Assembly (NCBI GenBank): GCA_964514595.1 | Contig: CAZEQZ010000002.1 | Coordinates: forward strand, 29,812 to 93,811 | Direction of reading: 5' to 3' | Length of the DNA: 64,000 bases | DNA from: an uncultured Candidatus Saccharibacteria bacterium | GTDB lineage: Bacteria; Patescibacteriota; Dojkabacteria; SC72 | Shown: in pieces, positions 49,177 through 58,783 of the stretch | How positions within the stretch are numbered: position 1 is the stretch's first letter | Layout of the letters: each line of letters opens with the position of its first letter | Notes under the pieces: model-generated | Database searches by the model: none | The model's input: the letters and a program-made list of their open reading frames with translations, nothing else | Told to the model about the DNA's origin: nothing | Position numbers and translations under genes: made by a program

Positions 49177-49815
49177 TCAAAGGGGAGAAATCATTTTCAC
49201 CTCTCCTACCTTCTCCATACCTTTCTTAGTAACATACAATCCCTCATCCTCTCTTAAACATATAATATCTGTTTTTAATATATCCCTATACTCTTGTACC
49301 AACTCTTCCATACTATCTTCATAATGTACCCATATATTACTACCATTAATCATATTTAAACCATTTAACTCTTTTAAATTAACAACATTCTCATCATAAA
49401 ATTCTGCTGTCTTAATACTCTTAGCAAATATTAAAGCACCTGCACTACTACCCATTACAGGAATATCTGTATTAGTTAATAAATCGATTAATTTACTATC
49501 AAACTTACTATCTCTTAACTCTTTTAAAAGGTAGTAGGTATTACCACCACCTATGAATATACCACCATATTTAATTAGATCTTCATAGGTAATGGTCCTT
49601 AGATCTTCTTCTGTACAAAGTGTAATATTGAAATTCCCATACTTTCCTAATTCATCTCTCTTTATCCATTCCATACAGGAATCATATGGGTGTTTAACCT
49701 TATCTATGGCTATTGGTATATATAATATATCGTTGTTTTTAAGTAATGATGTAAACAAGGTATTAACTCTTACTGTTTGTTTACCACTACCTCCTCCTGC
49801 TAGTATTAGGTTCAT
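49177..49815 (-). CDS. S51 peptidase family (dipeptidase E/cyanophycinase-like) protein
   Basis: LILAGGGSGKQ, GGNTYYLL and PVMGSSAGALIF (the Ser nucleophile motif). Confidence 0.7.
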   Translation of the reverse strand: MNLILAGGGSGKQTVRVNTLFTSLLKNNDILYIPIAIDKVKHPYDSCMEWIKRDELGKYGNFNITLCTEEDLRTITYEDLIKYGGIFIGGGNTYYLLKELRDSKFDSKLIDLLTNTDIPVMGSSAGALIFAKSIKTAEFYDENVVNLKELNGLNMINGSNIWVHYEDSMEELVQEYRDILKTDIICLREDEGLYVTKKGMEKVGEVKMISPL

Positions 49816-49832
49816 ATGAGATTATATACAAT

Positions 49833-50762
49833 TTATAAATCCACATACCCCCTTAAAAACCCCTCATGCATCTCTATCCTTCCCCTATTAAATTCATTCA
49901 ATTCTTCAGAATAATAAGCTAAATACTCTATTATTCTAGATACCCAATACAATTCATCTAACTCCTTCTCTTCCTTTGTATAACTCATAAGAGAGTAATA
50001 CTCATCTACTACCTTATCCCCCAAATCAAAATGCCATATTAACATCCTAATTCTTGAAAAATCATATATAGGATCACCGAACATAGACTCTCCCCAATCT
50101 ATAATACCTGCAATATTATTTGTTTTTGGATTTACAAATAAATTTCTTTGATTATAGTCGGTATGTAATAGACAATAATTATCTTCCCTTATACCTACCT
50201 TTAAAAACTTAGAAATATACATATCTACACTCTTAAGTATCAGATCTTTATCTAAACCCTTCCTTTTACTAATCTCATCCCATTTAAGATATTCATCAGT
50301 ACTATCAAACTTAGAAAGATGAAATTCTTTCCAATTTCTTCTTTCATCATTATTTGTAATATACCCCACCCTATCCGAACCTATACTATGAATAACCCTT
50401 AATGATTCTATCATCGATGGTATGTATAGAGGAATCTCTTCTTTGGCTACAGACTCTAATAACGGGAATTGTATCTTCTCCATTACGAGCACAGGGATAT
50501 CATCTATTGATGCTTTTAAATATACTTTAGGAATTGGAATATTAAGATTATTTTTCTTAATTAGATCATATGCTCTTATATCCATTTCTACTCCTTCCCC
50601 TATCTTTACGACATATTCCTTATTATTTTCATCAAGAAAGGATACTATTTCACTATCCATACCCTTGGGAGATTCTGTAATCTTGGTAATTGAAATATTT
50701 AATTCTTTGGTAATTTTGTTAAGAATATTGTCAAAATTATTCCTAGTTTTGTCCATATTCAA
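49833..50762 (-). CDS. aminoglycoside-phosphotransferase-fold (APH/choline-kinase-like) kinase
   Basis: Catalytic LLHTDYNQRNLFV (HxDxxxxN) and IDWGESMFGDPIYD (DxG...D). Confidence 0.75.
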   Translation of the reverse strand: MNMDKTRNNFDNILNKITKELNISITKITESPKGMDSEIVSFLDENNKEYVVKIGEGVEMDIRAYDLIKKNNLNIPIPKVYLKASIDDIPVLVMEKIQFPLLESVAKEEIPLYIPSMIESLRVIHSIGSDRVGYITNNDERRNWKEFHLSKFDSTDEYLKWDEISKRKGLDKDLILKSVDMYISKFLKVGIREDNYCLLHTDYNQRNLFVNPKTNNIAGIIDWGESMFGDPIYDFSRIRMLIWHFDLGDKVVDEYYSLMSYTKEEKELDELYWVSRIIEYLAYYSEELNEFNRGRIEMHEGFLRGYVDL

Positions 50763-50792
50763 TAACTATATCACATTGTATAATACTACTAT

Positions 50793-50897
50793 ACAGGAGG
50801 GTTGAGAGTTGGTAGAACCTCTCCATGCAAGCCAATACTACCCTGTTGATCAGGATGTGGCGTTTAGTGTGATTTCGGTGCAAGTCCGACCTCCTGT
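50793..50897 (+). ncRNA. candidate structured RNA, 105 nt, with tRNA-like modules (possibly Y-RNA-like or tRNA-like)
   Basis: Terminal 8-bp helix ACAGGAGG/CCTCCTGT. Canonical D-arm-like GAGAG-TTGGTAGAAC-CTCTC containing the consensus D-loop AGTTGGTAGA. T-arm-like TCGG-TGCAAGT-CCGA next to the 3' strand of the terminal helix. About 50 nt lie between them with no standard anticodon arm. Confidence 0.35.
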
Positions 50898-50909
50898 ATA
50901 TTAAAGATT

Positions 50910-51302
50910 ATGAACTACAATCAAATTAACAAACAAAACCTACCTAAATGGGAAAATACTCTTAAATATATTACTGAGGTATTAAATAAGAATGATATTA
51001 AATACTATCTATCCTCCTCTGGATTACACTACATACTAGGTCAAGAAGTATACCCATATGATATAGATCTATTTATGTCTAAGGAGGATGTAAGAAGGGT
51101 ATACAAATTACTAACTAAGTACAAAGTATCTAACCTACACTATTGGGAAGAAGATTGTACTAAGTTATTAGAATTTCAAGGTACATACAATGACATACCC
51201 TTTGAAATATGTGAGTGGGAGAAAGAACCAGAGGAATTAAAGGAGGTGGAGTATAAGGATATCGAAGTTTATGCCTCCCCTATTAAATCTTCTATAGCAT
51301 AA
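50910..51302 (+). CDS. minimal nucleotidyltransferase-fold protein
   Basis: SSSGLHYILGQEVYPYDIDLF fits the Pol-beta NTase G[SG]-x9-13-D-x-D motif. 130 aa. Confidence 0.5.
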   Translation: MNYNQINKQNLPKWENTLKYITEVLNKNDIKYYLSSSGLHYILGQEVYPYDIDLFMSKEDVRRVYKLLTKYKVSNLHYWEEDCTKLLEFQGTYNDIPFEICEWEKEPEELKEVEYKDIEVYASPIKSSIA

Positions 51303-52267
51303 ATGATTTCGTTTACATCACTTCCATAGATTCTGTAAACCCCTTTATCATAAAGATTATAAATTAGATTCCTACGATTATTTCTTGTTATAGAATCATC
51401 CAAAGATGGTGTATGCGAAAGAAGATACCCAGAATCAGACATCACATGTGTAGCGACTCCTGAAATATGACGTGCTAACTTCTCTCCCAAGAATAAATTT
51501 GTCTTAATATCTTTTGGAGTAATTCTCTCTAAATGAATTTTCTCTCTACCTGTTGGATCTATATGTATTATGAAGGTGGAGTTAAGCTCAGAAATACCTT
51601 CTGATTTTCTTATACCCAGCTCCAAAGGATCTATCTTTATTTTATTCTCCCAACTACTACTTCCATTGTCAGGGAAATTCTCTCTCGATAAGGGGAGATG
51701 CCCAGAGAGAACAGCCGATTCTCTAACCATTAAATATTTCGTACCTCCAAATAAGAACACCTTATCTTCTTCAAGTAAAGGCCTCTCTAAAATAACCTGG
51801 TCATTCCCTATTAAAGAGTATCCCCTTAACCCAAGATTGACTGCTATAGTTGTCTTCCCAGCTCCTTGATTCCCCAAGAACAAAATTCCTTTCCCGCTTG
51901 GAGTCTCAACGGCAGATCCATGTGTTAAGGCTCCCCCCGCAAGTTGCCTCTCTCGTTCTGTTAGACATAGTGCTAAATGCAAAAGTGCTCTTCCTTGACT
52001 TATCTCCTCCTTTGGACAAGCTAGAATAAAACATGTCTTCTCTGGATTAACCTCCAAAGCTACTTCCTCTTGCTCTAAATGAATAACTGAATATTTAGAC
52101 TCATTGTCCTCCTCTTCATAAAAACTACAACTGGGGATACCACAATCATCATTAAATTCCTTGTCGAAATCTGCATATATATTAACTTTTCTCCCAGCAA
52201 CTTCTAGACCTTTCCAAAAAGGAACTCCTATCAATTCTTTTTCATTTATTTCTGAAGCCTCTATCAT
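51269..52267 (-). CDS. HPr-kinase C-terminal-domain-like P-loop kinase (HprK-related)
   Basis: HGSAVETPSGKGILFLGNQGAGKTTIAVNLGLRGYSLIGNDQVIL matches the HprK/P C-domain motif H-x-S/G-x-V-x(5)-G-x-L-x-x-G-x-S-G-x-GKS ... L-x-x-DD/ND-x-V. It is the last gene of the minus-strand operon. Confidence 0.65.
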   Translation of the reverse strand: MIEASEINEKELIGVPFWKGLEVAGRKVNIYADFDKEFNDDCGIPSCSFYEEEDNESKYSVIHLEQEEVALEVNPEKTCFILACPKEEISQGRALLHLALCLTERERQLAGGALTHGSAVETPSGKGILFLGNQGAGKTTIAVNLGLRGYSLIGNDQVILERPLLEEDKVFLFGGTKYLMVRESAVLSGHLPLSRENFPDNGSSSWENKIKIDPLELGIRKSEGISELNSTFIIHIDPTGREKIHLERITPKDIKTNLFLGEKLARHISGVATHVMSDSGYLLSHTPSLDDSITRNNRRNLIYNLYDKGVYRIYGSDVNEIIYAIEDLIGEA

Positions 52268-53502
52268 TACTCTTCTGCCTTGATATTATATACGGAAGGA
52301 AGAAGAACCTCTTCCTTTAGAATCTTCTGCGTCCAATCTCTTTTGGCCAGTATTCCTTTAATTAAACTTTCTAATTCCTTAGAGTTTATCTCTTTAGAAG
52401 AAAATACTGTTATCTCATGGGGAGAGAAAAATGGGTCTCCATTTCTGGTCATTACAAGAACTTCAACTTTACAATCAAAGTGCTCCGCTATTTCTCTTGC
52501 CATTTCATCAACTATTACTCCATAAACCTTACCAACATGATATACAGGATTCTTTCCCCAGGCAGCTTCCATTGAATATTTCCTCATCATAGGAATTATT
52601 CCTCTCCTATTGTTTCCCCTACCTACACATCCTTCTTCTCCAAAATCTGTGGCTGACCCTCCAGCTACAAGATAAGCTTTCTTGGCTGTGGTAATACCTT
52701 TCGCAAGTTGATCCTGGGTATTAATATGCAGTTCATATTCTAATTTCATATCTTTAAACCTTTTTTGGATATGGTCCTTTATTACCTGAACGATGTATTT
52801 TTTCTTCTCTTTATACTCTAAAGAATCCTTAATATCCTGCGCGAAGAAAGGAATACACATCGTTATACTATACTTATTATCTCTCCTAATAGTCATAACC
52901 TTTATGTCCTGCCCAATAAAAGAATATTTAGGATTCTTTTCTTCATCATAAAACAATCCTTCCAACTCTAGTGTCAGGCTCTCTGCAAAGGTTAAAGGCC
53001 AACAACCAACTACAGCAGATGTGTCATTAGCAAATATGTTTTTGTACTCTGGAAGATCCTCTACTGACTTAGGATTAAACCATCTGGGATTGCGAGAATA
53101 TTGCTTTGTTTCATTCATTATTATTAACCAATTTTCAGTATCAAATCTAGGCATAACTTTGTTAAGATAGGTTTTAACTGCGTCCTCAATGATTGACTGT
53201 ATGGGAATTTTTTTCCCATCAAAGGATCCACTCATCCTCCCGTTAACAAGAACCCTTACGGGCTCTGTGAATTTACCTTTTCCCCAATCAAATTCAGATA
53301 ACCCTCCCATAATACAAACTTTATCTACGTTATGATGTAGTACATACCCGAAATTATCCAAACAGTATTTTGAATAATCTATAGATATTCTTTCCGCTAA
53401 ACCGTCCGCTAACGTATCTGGATGTCCCCAACCCTTCCTCTCAACAATTTCTATATCATTGTCATCTGGGAATATATGCTTTGTTGTTTGATGTATATTC
53501 AT
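52267..53502 (-). CDS. S-adenosylmethionine synthetase, archaeal type (MAT; PF01941 family)
   Basis: IEIVERKGWGHPDTLADGLAE, ILHHN-like VLHHNVDKV, ANDTSAVVG, GQDIKVM, LHINTQD and GGSATDFGEEGCVGRGNNRRGIIPMMRKYSMEAAWGKNPVYHVGKVY are collinear with archaeal MAT (e.g. [20 protein letters not shown] ... MGDDGSVGRGNRVNGLITP...SGKNPVNHVGKIY). Confidence 0.85.
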   Translation of the reverse strand: MNIHQTTKHIFPDDNDIEIVERKGWGHPDTLADGLAERISIDYSKYCLDNFGYVLHHNVDKVCIMGGLSEFDWGKGKFTEPVRVLVNGRMSGSFDGKKIPIQSIIEDAVKTYLNKVMPRFDTENWLIIMNETKQYSRNPRWFNPKSVEDLPEYKNIFANDTSAVVGCWPLTFAESLTLELEGLFYDEEKNPKYSFIGQDIKVMTIRRDNKYSITMCIPFFAQDIKDSLEYKEKKKYIVQVIKDHIQKRFKDMKLEYELHINTQDQLAKGITTAKKAYLVAGGSATDFGEEGCVGRGNNRRGIIPMMRKYSMEAAWGKNPVYHVGKVYGVIVDEMAREIAEHFDCKVEVLVMTRNGDPFFSPHEITVFSSKEINSKELESLIKGILAKRDWTQKILKEEVLLPSVYNIKAEE

Positions 53503-53519
53503 TGTCTATACAAATAAAA

Positions 53520-54209
53520 TTATTTTAGATTCAAGAGATCTATTAACTCTGACAAACTCTCGATCATAGGATATTTTTTAGATGTTTCCTTATTCCTGTA
53601 CAAAACCAAATTATCTATCCCTGCAGTCGCTGCACCTTTTAGATATTCAATTTTGTCATCAACGAACATGATTTTATCTCCACCAACACCTATCTCGCTC
53701 AAAACATATTCATATGCCTTAGGATCAGGCTTCTCTAATCCTATCTCTTTAGATATAAATATATGATCGAAATATTTATATAGATTACCTATCTTTAATT
53801 CGTGGACTCTTCTAGAAGGTAGCGCATTTGAAAATATTCCTAAACGATATTTCTTGCCAAGAATCTTCAAAGCACTTATTGTATCTTCCTTCAACGCAAA
53901 ATCACCCTTCATTCTGCAGTTAGTCATTTTATTGATGAATTCTGTATCAAAATCTATTCCTAGGTAATCACAGATCTTTTTATGAAATTTGTCTAAGTAG
54001 GCTTTCTCTTTCTTAACTGTATTCATATTTTTAAAGGCCAGTTTCTCCGACTTAGTTTGCTCGTCTATAATTTTATCGAGCATCTTACGATATTCCTCTC
54101 TGGTGAGGTTCAGGAGCTTGGCTACATTTTCATCTTCATGGGAGACTTTATATACAAGCACATTCCCGACATCAAATAGTATATATTCTGGATTTTTTAC
54201 TTTCTTCAT
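53520..54209 (-). CDS. HAD-superfamily hydrolase (phosphatase)
   Basis: Motif I ILFDVGNVL (DxG/DxD type), motif III K...GIFSN and motif IV MFVDDKIEYLKGA. Confidence 0.75.
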   Translation of the reverse strand: MKKVKNPEYILFDVGNVLVYKVSHEDENVAKLLNLTREEYRKMLDKIIDEQTKSEKLAFKNMNTVKKEKAYLDKFHKKICDYLGIDFDTEFINKMTNCRMKGDFALKEDTISALKILGKKYRLGIFSNALPSRRVHELKIGNLYKYFDHIFISKEIGLEKPDPKAYEYVLSEIGVGGDKIMFVDDKIEYLKGAATAGIDNLVLYRNKETSKKYPMIESLSELIDLLNLK

Positions 54210-54222
54210 ATTTTATAATTTA

Positions 54223-55362
54223 TTAATTTATTTCTTTTTTTAACAAAAAAGCTTGCTCATTTAAAAGATCCTCGACCTCGGCAGATTTTTTCCCATCTAT
54301 CTCTTCAAAATATGATAAAACTCTAACAAGGTAGTGAACCAAGAGTTCTTTTGATAGATATTGAATAGAATCCTGGGATAACTCCGTTGAACAAATAATA
54401 TCTACCAATTCTCTCAATGTACAGATCCAATCATTTTTCGTATAAAGAATTTTTGAGGAGAGAAATTTCTCTATTTTATCTAAAGAACCTCGAAGGTAAT
54501 TAAACTCTGTCTCATGATATAACTTTTCAACTTCATCCTTCCTGTTTTGTATTGAAAGGTCACTTGGACGATTATATTGCTCTTGAATCGCCTCACAGTT
54601 AGTATCCTTATCAATCATTACACTCTTTCTATTTGAATTTAAACATAAATCTCTATTTAAGACTGAAATTAATGATTGAGCTACTTCCTCGAACATAGGA
54701 ATCATTTTACTAAAACTCGAATTGTGGATTTTCTCACCTAAGTAAACCTCTTTTAATTTCAATCCATTTAGCATTGCTGTTAGAGTCATAGTTATATCAA
54801 TACCATATTTATAGGAAGAATCATTCTCAAGGTTATTGAGGAGATATTTGGAAAAGTTTAATGTAAAGGCGAAATCTCCGGCTATGGGTTGACGAACGGA
54901 ATCTCCAAAAAGAGAAAATAATAGCGGATAACACAGATGATTAGTGGTGTTTCCTTCGTAACGGTTTCTTTTATAAACAGGCGTCACATAATCTACTTGC
55001 TCGTCCATTAAAGGTTTTAGTAATTTATATATCCATATTGGCTCAATAGACCTAAGATCACTATCTATTGTCCCCATGAAAGGAATTTCTGCTCCAACAG
55101 CATAATTCAAGAAATTTTTTATATTCTCCCCTTTCCCGATGTTATTTGTAGCTATATATAATTTTTGTACTCCCCCCGTATCAGCAATAAAAAACTCCTC
55201 CTTAGTTCGATCAGTACTGTTATTGTCAGCATTAATAATTACTGCCTTCTTCTCTGGGAAATACTCATTAATACCAAGTGCTACAATCTCCACCACATTC
55301 CTGATTGTTTTCTCTTCGTTTTTCGAAGGGATACATATGGCTATATCTATTTTATTATTCAT
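54223..55362 (-). CDS. GT-A fold glycosyltransferase (GT2/GT81-like, e.g. glycosyl-3-phosphoglycerate-synthase-like)
   Basis: IAICIPSKNEEKTIRNVVEIV ... IINADNNSTDRT and DSD (DxD) followed by a long helical C-terminal extension. Confidence 0.6.
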   Translation of the reverse strand: MNNKIDIAICIPSKNEEKTIRNVVEIVALGINEYFPEKKAVIINADNNSTDRTKEEFFIADTGGVQKLYIATNNIGKGENIKNFLNYAVGAEIPFMGTIDSDLRSIEPIWIYKLLKPLMDEQVDYVTPVYKRNRYEGNTTNHLCYPLLFSLFGDSVRQPIAGDFAFTLNFSKYLLNNLENDSSYKYGIDITMTLTAMLNGLKLKEVYLGEKIHNSSFSKMIPMFEEVAQSLISVLNRDLCLNSNRKSVMIDKDTNCEAIQEQYNRPSDLSIQNRKDEVEKLYHETEFNYLRGSLDKIEKFLSSKILYTKNDWICTLRELVDIICSTELSQDSIQYLSKELLVHYLVRVLSYFEEIDGKKSAEVEDLLNEQAFLLKKEIN

Positions 55363-55364
55363 AG

Positions 55365-56219
55365 TTACTGATACTGTAGATTAAGATTATGTAAAAGCTT
55401 CTTTAGATTATTCAAGGACTCTAAAGATCCATCTTTACAATGGGTTTCTATGGTTAAGAAAATTTTCTTTTTGTTATGATTATCCATAAATGTTTTTAAA
55501 ATCTCACTATAAGGAATATCGCCTTGTCCTAAAATACAAAATTCTTCCTTTTTAATAGAAAAATCTTTTAGATGAATATTCCCGCTAATATTGGGTAGTG
55601 AAGAAATTAAATCTTCCTTGCTGAACTCTCCTTCACAAGAGTATAAGTTTCCTATATCTAGTAATATATTTATATAATCTTCCTTCACATACTCTCTGAA
55701 ATTAATCAAATCCCTCATTGAGTGAATATTGCAGACTGGTTCGTTCTCTATTAATAATTCTATTTCACTTTCTCGACACAAGTTTACAAGTCGATTGTAA
55801 AGGGTTATTTCTTTTTGAAAAAACAATGGATCACATTCCTCTTGCATCCTTAAACCAGAAAAAATTCTAAGATATTGAGCTTTTAATTCTATTGCACATT
55901 GTAATGATTTATCTATCATTCGTATCTTTTCTTCATCTGAGACGGTACCTGAAACTCCAAATTCTGTGAAATTATTGTTACTCTCTGCGTGTTGAAACCA
56001 CTTAAATAACGGACTTGAGATACCACTAACCAATATCCCAGCCTGCTGAAGATTAAGTTTAAGTTCCGAAATCTCTCTTTCCGAAAGATTAACAATGTTT
56101 TTACCATTTATAGTTCGAATATCAATAAATTTCAATTTGTTTTCGATACAAAAATTTATCGCTTTCTTTATGTCATTACTAACCTCATCGTTAATTATCG
56201 AAAGATTTATTTTATCCAT
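55365..56219 (-). CDS. xylose-isomerase-like TIM-barrel protein (sugar phosphate isomerase/epimerase; IolE/IolI-like)
   Basis: Pattern ...FIDIRTINGKNIVNLSEREISELKLNLQQAGILVSGISSPLFKW... It is paralogous to ORF 59688 (...VELRSINNKNLLDFTNKEIFNLSKKLSTANLKPVALASPVFKW...). Confidence 0.6.
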   Translation of the reverse strand: MDKINLSIINDEVSNDIKKAINFCIENKLKFIDIRTINGKNIVNLSEREISELKLNLQQAGILVSGISSPLFKWFQHAESNNNFTEFGVSGTVSDEEKIRMIDKSLQCAIELKAQYLRIFSGLRMQEECDPLFFQKEITLYNRLVNLCRESEIELLIENEPVCNIHSMRDLINFREYVKEDYINILLDIGNLYSCEGEFSKEDLISSLPNISGNIHLKDFSIKKEEFCILGQGDIPYSEILKTFMDNHNKKKIFLTIETHCKDGSLESLNNLKKLLHNLNLQYQ

Positions 56220-57096
56220 TTATAGCTCTTTCCAATTTAATTTCCATTTTATGAATATTAAAATCAGGGACCTTCTTTCCTGTCCATAACTCAAAAGCCT
56301 TAATCCCCTGATATATCATCATTTGTAATCCCCCTACAGCTTTAGCTCCTGATATCTTCCTAGATTGTTTTAGAAATTCTGTATCTACTGGATTAAAGAC
56401 AACATCAAAAAACTTCTTTCCTTTGGAATTATTAGCCAACATGATTTTTGATAATATATGAGAGGGAATTATGCTCCCACCATCGTCAGGATGCATCCCA
56501 ACTGAAGTAGTATTAATAATCAAATCTGCATCAAGCAACCTATCCAGATGCTGCTCCAACTCTGAGAGAGAAAAACAATCTAAAATTAGTTCACTTGAGG
56601 AGAAATCTTTCTGTAAAATTTCTAATCTCCTTTTACTCCTATTAAAAACCGTTATATTTTTTGTAGATTTTTGCAAACCTGACAGTACAGCACGAGAAGC
56701 TCCACCTGCCCCGAAAATAACTACATTGTCAGAAGTACGAATCTTCCCAAAATTTTGTTCTATCGTACTGATAGCCCCATATTCATCTGTGTTGTAACCT
56801 ATCAATCTTCCATCCTTATTTACGACGGTATTAACTGCCCCTACAGATCTCGCACTTTGGTCAATTTCATCTAAATATTTCATAATTTCGATCTTATACG
56901 GAAGTGTTACGTTGAAACCTACAAAATTTAAACCCCTCATAGCTGATATTGCTCTATTAAGGGCCCTTCCATTTTCCTTAGGAATTCTTATCTTAACGTG
57001 AGAATATTCTATATGACAAAGTTCAGACAATTCTTTAAAAAGTATTGGAGAAACACTATGTTCTACAGGATCTCCGATTAAACCAGATATCTTCAT
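56212..57096 (-). CDS. aroE: shikimate/quinate 5-dehydrogenase family protein
   Basis: GLIGDPVEHSVSPILF (substrate-binding motif), VVIFGAGGASRAVLSGL (Rossmann) and NTTSVGM. Confidence 0.75.
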   Translation of the reverse strand: MKISGLIGDPVEHSVSPILFKELSELCHIEYSHVKIRIPKENGRALNRAISAMRGLNFVGFNVTLPYKIEIMKYLDEIDQSARSVGAVNTVVNKDGRLIGYNTDEYGAISTIEQNFGKIRTSDNVVIFGAGGASRAVLSGLQKSTKNITVFNRSKRRLEILQKDFSSSELILDCFSLSELEQHLDRLLDADLIINTTSVGMHPDDGGSIIPSHILSKIMLANNSKGKKFFDVVFNPVDTEFLKQSRKISGAKAVGGLQMMIYQGIKAFELWTGKKVPDFNIHKMEIKLERAING

Positions 57097-58076
57097 CTTA
57101 CTACGTTTGCCAATTTAAATAGGTTTTCCATTTGCCAATTTGAAAAATCCCCACGATTTGGAACAAAATCAGAATTAATTTCTTTAGAGGTAAAGGTCTT
57201 TATTATGTTTTTCAGGCTATTATCATAAACTCGCCTCCCTCTATCACTATTGAATATCTCTATTCTGGAGAAACATCTCTTATCATTTGGTATGGGTTCA
57301 AACTGAGCAAATATTTTTTCTTTCTTTTTTGTTTCAATAGAAAGGACTCTGTAATTCTGGATATCTCCGGTACCAGGCAGAAGGAATCTTTTGTTTTTAA
57401 TCTTATAATCACCAACTAGAGATTGATACATCCTAATATCGACATCCTCACAAGTAAGTTTAAAACAAAGATCATCTTCTAAAAAACTATCTCCACACTT
57501 CTTTTTCACATCTACAACCTCAATGTTGTACAAACCCAATGAATACAAGATTGATAGCATATGGGGGATCTCTATCCCTAGACCTCCCAGTTTTTCATCT
57601 ACAAAACGTCCCCTAAGGGTATCCTCCCTCCTATCCTTTGAAAATTCTATTTCGATTGAAGTAATTTTCTGATCTTTTTCCAAGAGATACTCTTTTATTT
57701 CTCTGATTGTATCTGAATATAGATAGTTCTCCGACACATTTACTTTACATTGCGGATTTTGATTTATAAGTTTTTTATATTTTCTATAATCTTCAGGATT
57801 ATTACATAAGGGCTTCTCTACAAGGATATTAGCATCTGGTTTCAAAGAAATTATCTTTTCCAAATCCTTGACATGCCTGCTTGTCGGAGTACAGATATCA
57901 AACATGAAATTTTCTAAATCCAGATCAGCATTCAATTTTTTCAATGTTTTGTATGGGATTTCTTTTTTATAAGGGTCAAAAACATAAACGTCAAAACCAA
58001 GGGATTTATAAATTCTACTCTTAAGGGAACCAATTTTTCCGTATCCTATTATTAAAATGCTTTCCATAATATACAC
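57093..58076 (-). CDS. Gfo/Idh/MocA-family NAD(P)-dependent oxidoreductase
   Basis: N-terminal Rossmann fold ILIIGYGKIGS. EKPLCNNPED, the conserved EKP motif. It is the first gene of the minus-strand operon. Confidence 0.8.
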   Translation of the reverse strand: MYIMESILIIGYGKIGSLKSRIYKSLGFDVYVFDPYKKEIPYKTLKKLNADLDLENFMFDICTPTSRHVKDLEKIISLKPDANILVEKPLCNNPEDYRKYKKLINQNPQCKVNVSENYLYSDTIREIKEYLLEKDQKITSIEIEFSKDRREDTLRGRFVDEKLGGLGIEIPHMLSILYSLGLYNIEVVDVKKKCGDSFLEDDLCFKLTCEDVDIRMYQSLVGDYKIKNKRFLLPGTGDIQNYRVLSIETKKKEKIFAQFEPIPNDKRCFSRIEIFNSDRGRRVYDNSLKNIIKTFTSKEINSDFVPNRGDFSNWQMENLFKLANVVR

Positions 58077-58198
58077 ACCCAGTGTATATATTATACACGA
58101 AAGAAATTAAAGTCAAGTCCCCTTCTAGAGTTGCAATTAAACCCTATAGGATGTTATGATTCTTCATATAGGATAAATAAAATTGACCATATCTCTAT

Positions 58199-58771
58199 AT
58201 GAAGATCGTATTACTTGGATCAAAAAATGGAAGAGAAAAAATACCTAAAGTTTTTGATTCTATAATAAAAACCTTAGAGGATCTCTCAATAGAAATTCTT
58301 GGACCATACACACAATCTTATGAAGAAGTTTTGAGTCATGAAGAAATGAAGATTTCAAATCCTAATGTAAGGCATGCTCTCTTTATGAGAAAGGTAATAA
58401 GACAAGCGGATGCATTAATAGTTGAGACAACTTTCGATGGTTTCGCCCTAGGACATGAATCAACAGTAGCTCTAGAAGAATACAAACCAGTACTTGCAAT
58501 CTCTCAAAGTTCTAAAGATTTTTCTTTTATACACGATACAAAATTTCGTTATAACTCATATAAAAAACATACCGATATTCCACCCATTATCAAAGATTTT
58601 ATCGAATATTACAATCAGAATTTTAAAGTATTTAGACTCAACATCCTTTTACATCAAAGACAAGTTAATTATCTAAGGTGGATATATCAGAAAAGAAACA
58701 TTAACCGTTCGTTATTTATCCGAAGTTTAATAGATAAAGCTATTGATAAAGATTCTGATTATCCTAATTAA
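58199..58771 (+). CDS. nucleoside 2-deoxyribosyltransferase-like domain protein with a C-terminal helical extension
   Basis: MKIVLLGS...ADALIVETTFDGFALGHESTVALEEYKPVLAI matches the Nuc_deoxyrib_tr pattern (aD.vvA.ldg...D.GT.fE.G.A.a.gKPv). The C-terminal 70 aa are basic and helical. Confidence 0.4.
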   Translation: MKIVLLGSKNGREKIPKVFDSIIKTLEDLSIEILGPYTQSYEEVLSHEEMKISNPNVRHALFMRKVIRQADALIVETTFDGFALGHESTVALEEYKPVLAISQSSKDFSFIHDTKFRYNSYKKHTDIPPIIKDFIEYYNQNFKVFRLNILLHQRQVNYLRWIYQKRNINRSLFIRSLIDKAIDKDSDYPN

Positions 58772-58783
58772 GAATATTTATTC

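Noticed and set aside
50793-50897. SRP (4.5S) RNA identity for the 105-nt element
   Set aside because: It lacks the conserved domain-IV motifs (GGAA tetraloop, AGCAG/GNAR symmetric loop). It was retained as a tRNA-like/Y-RNA-like candidate instead.
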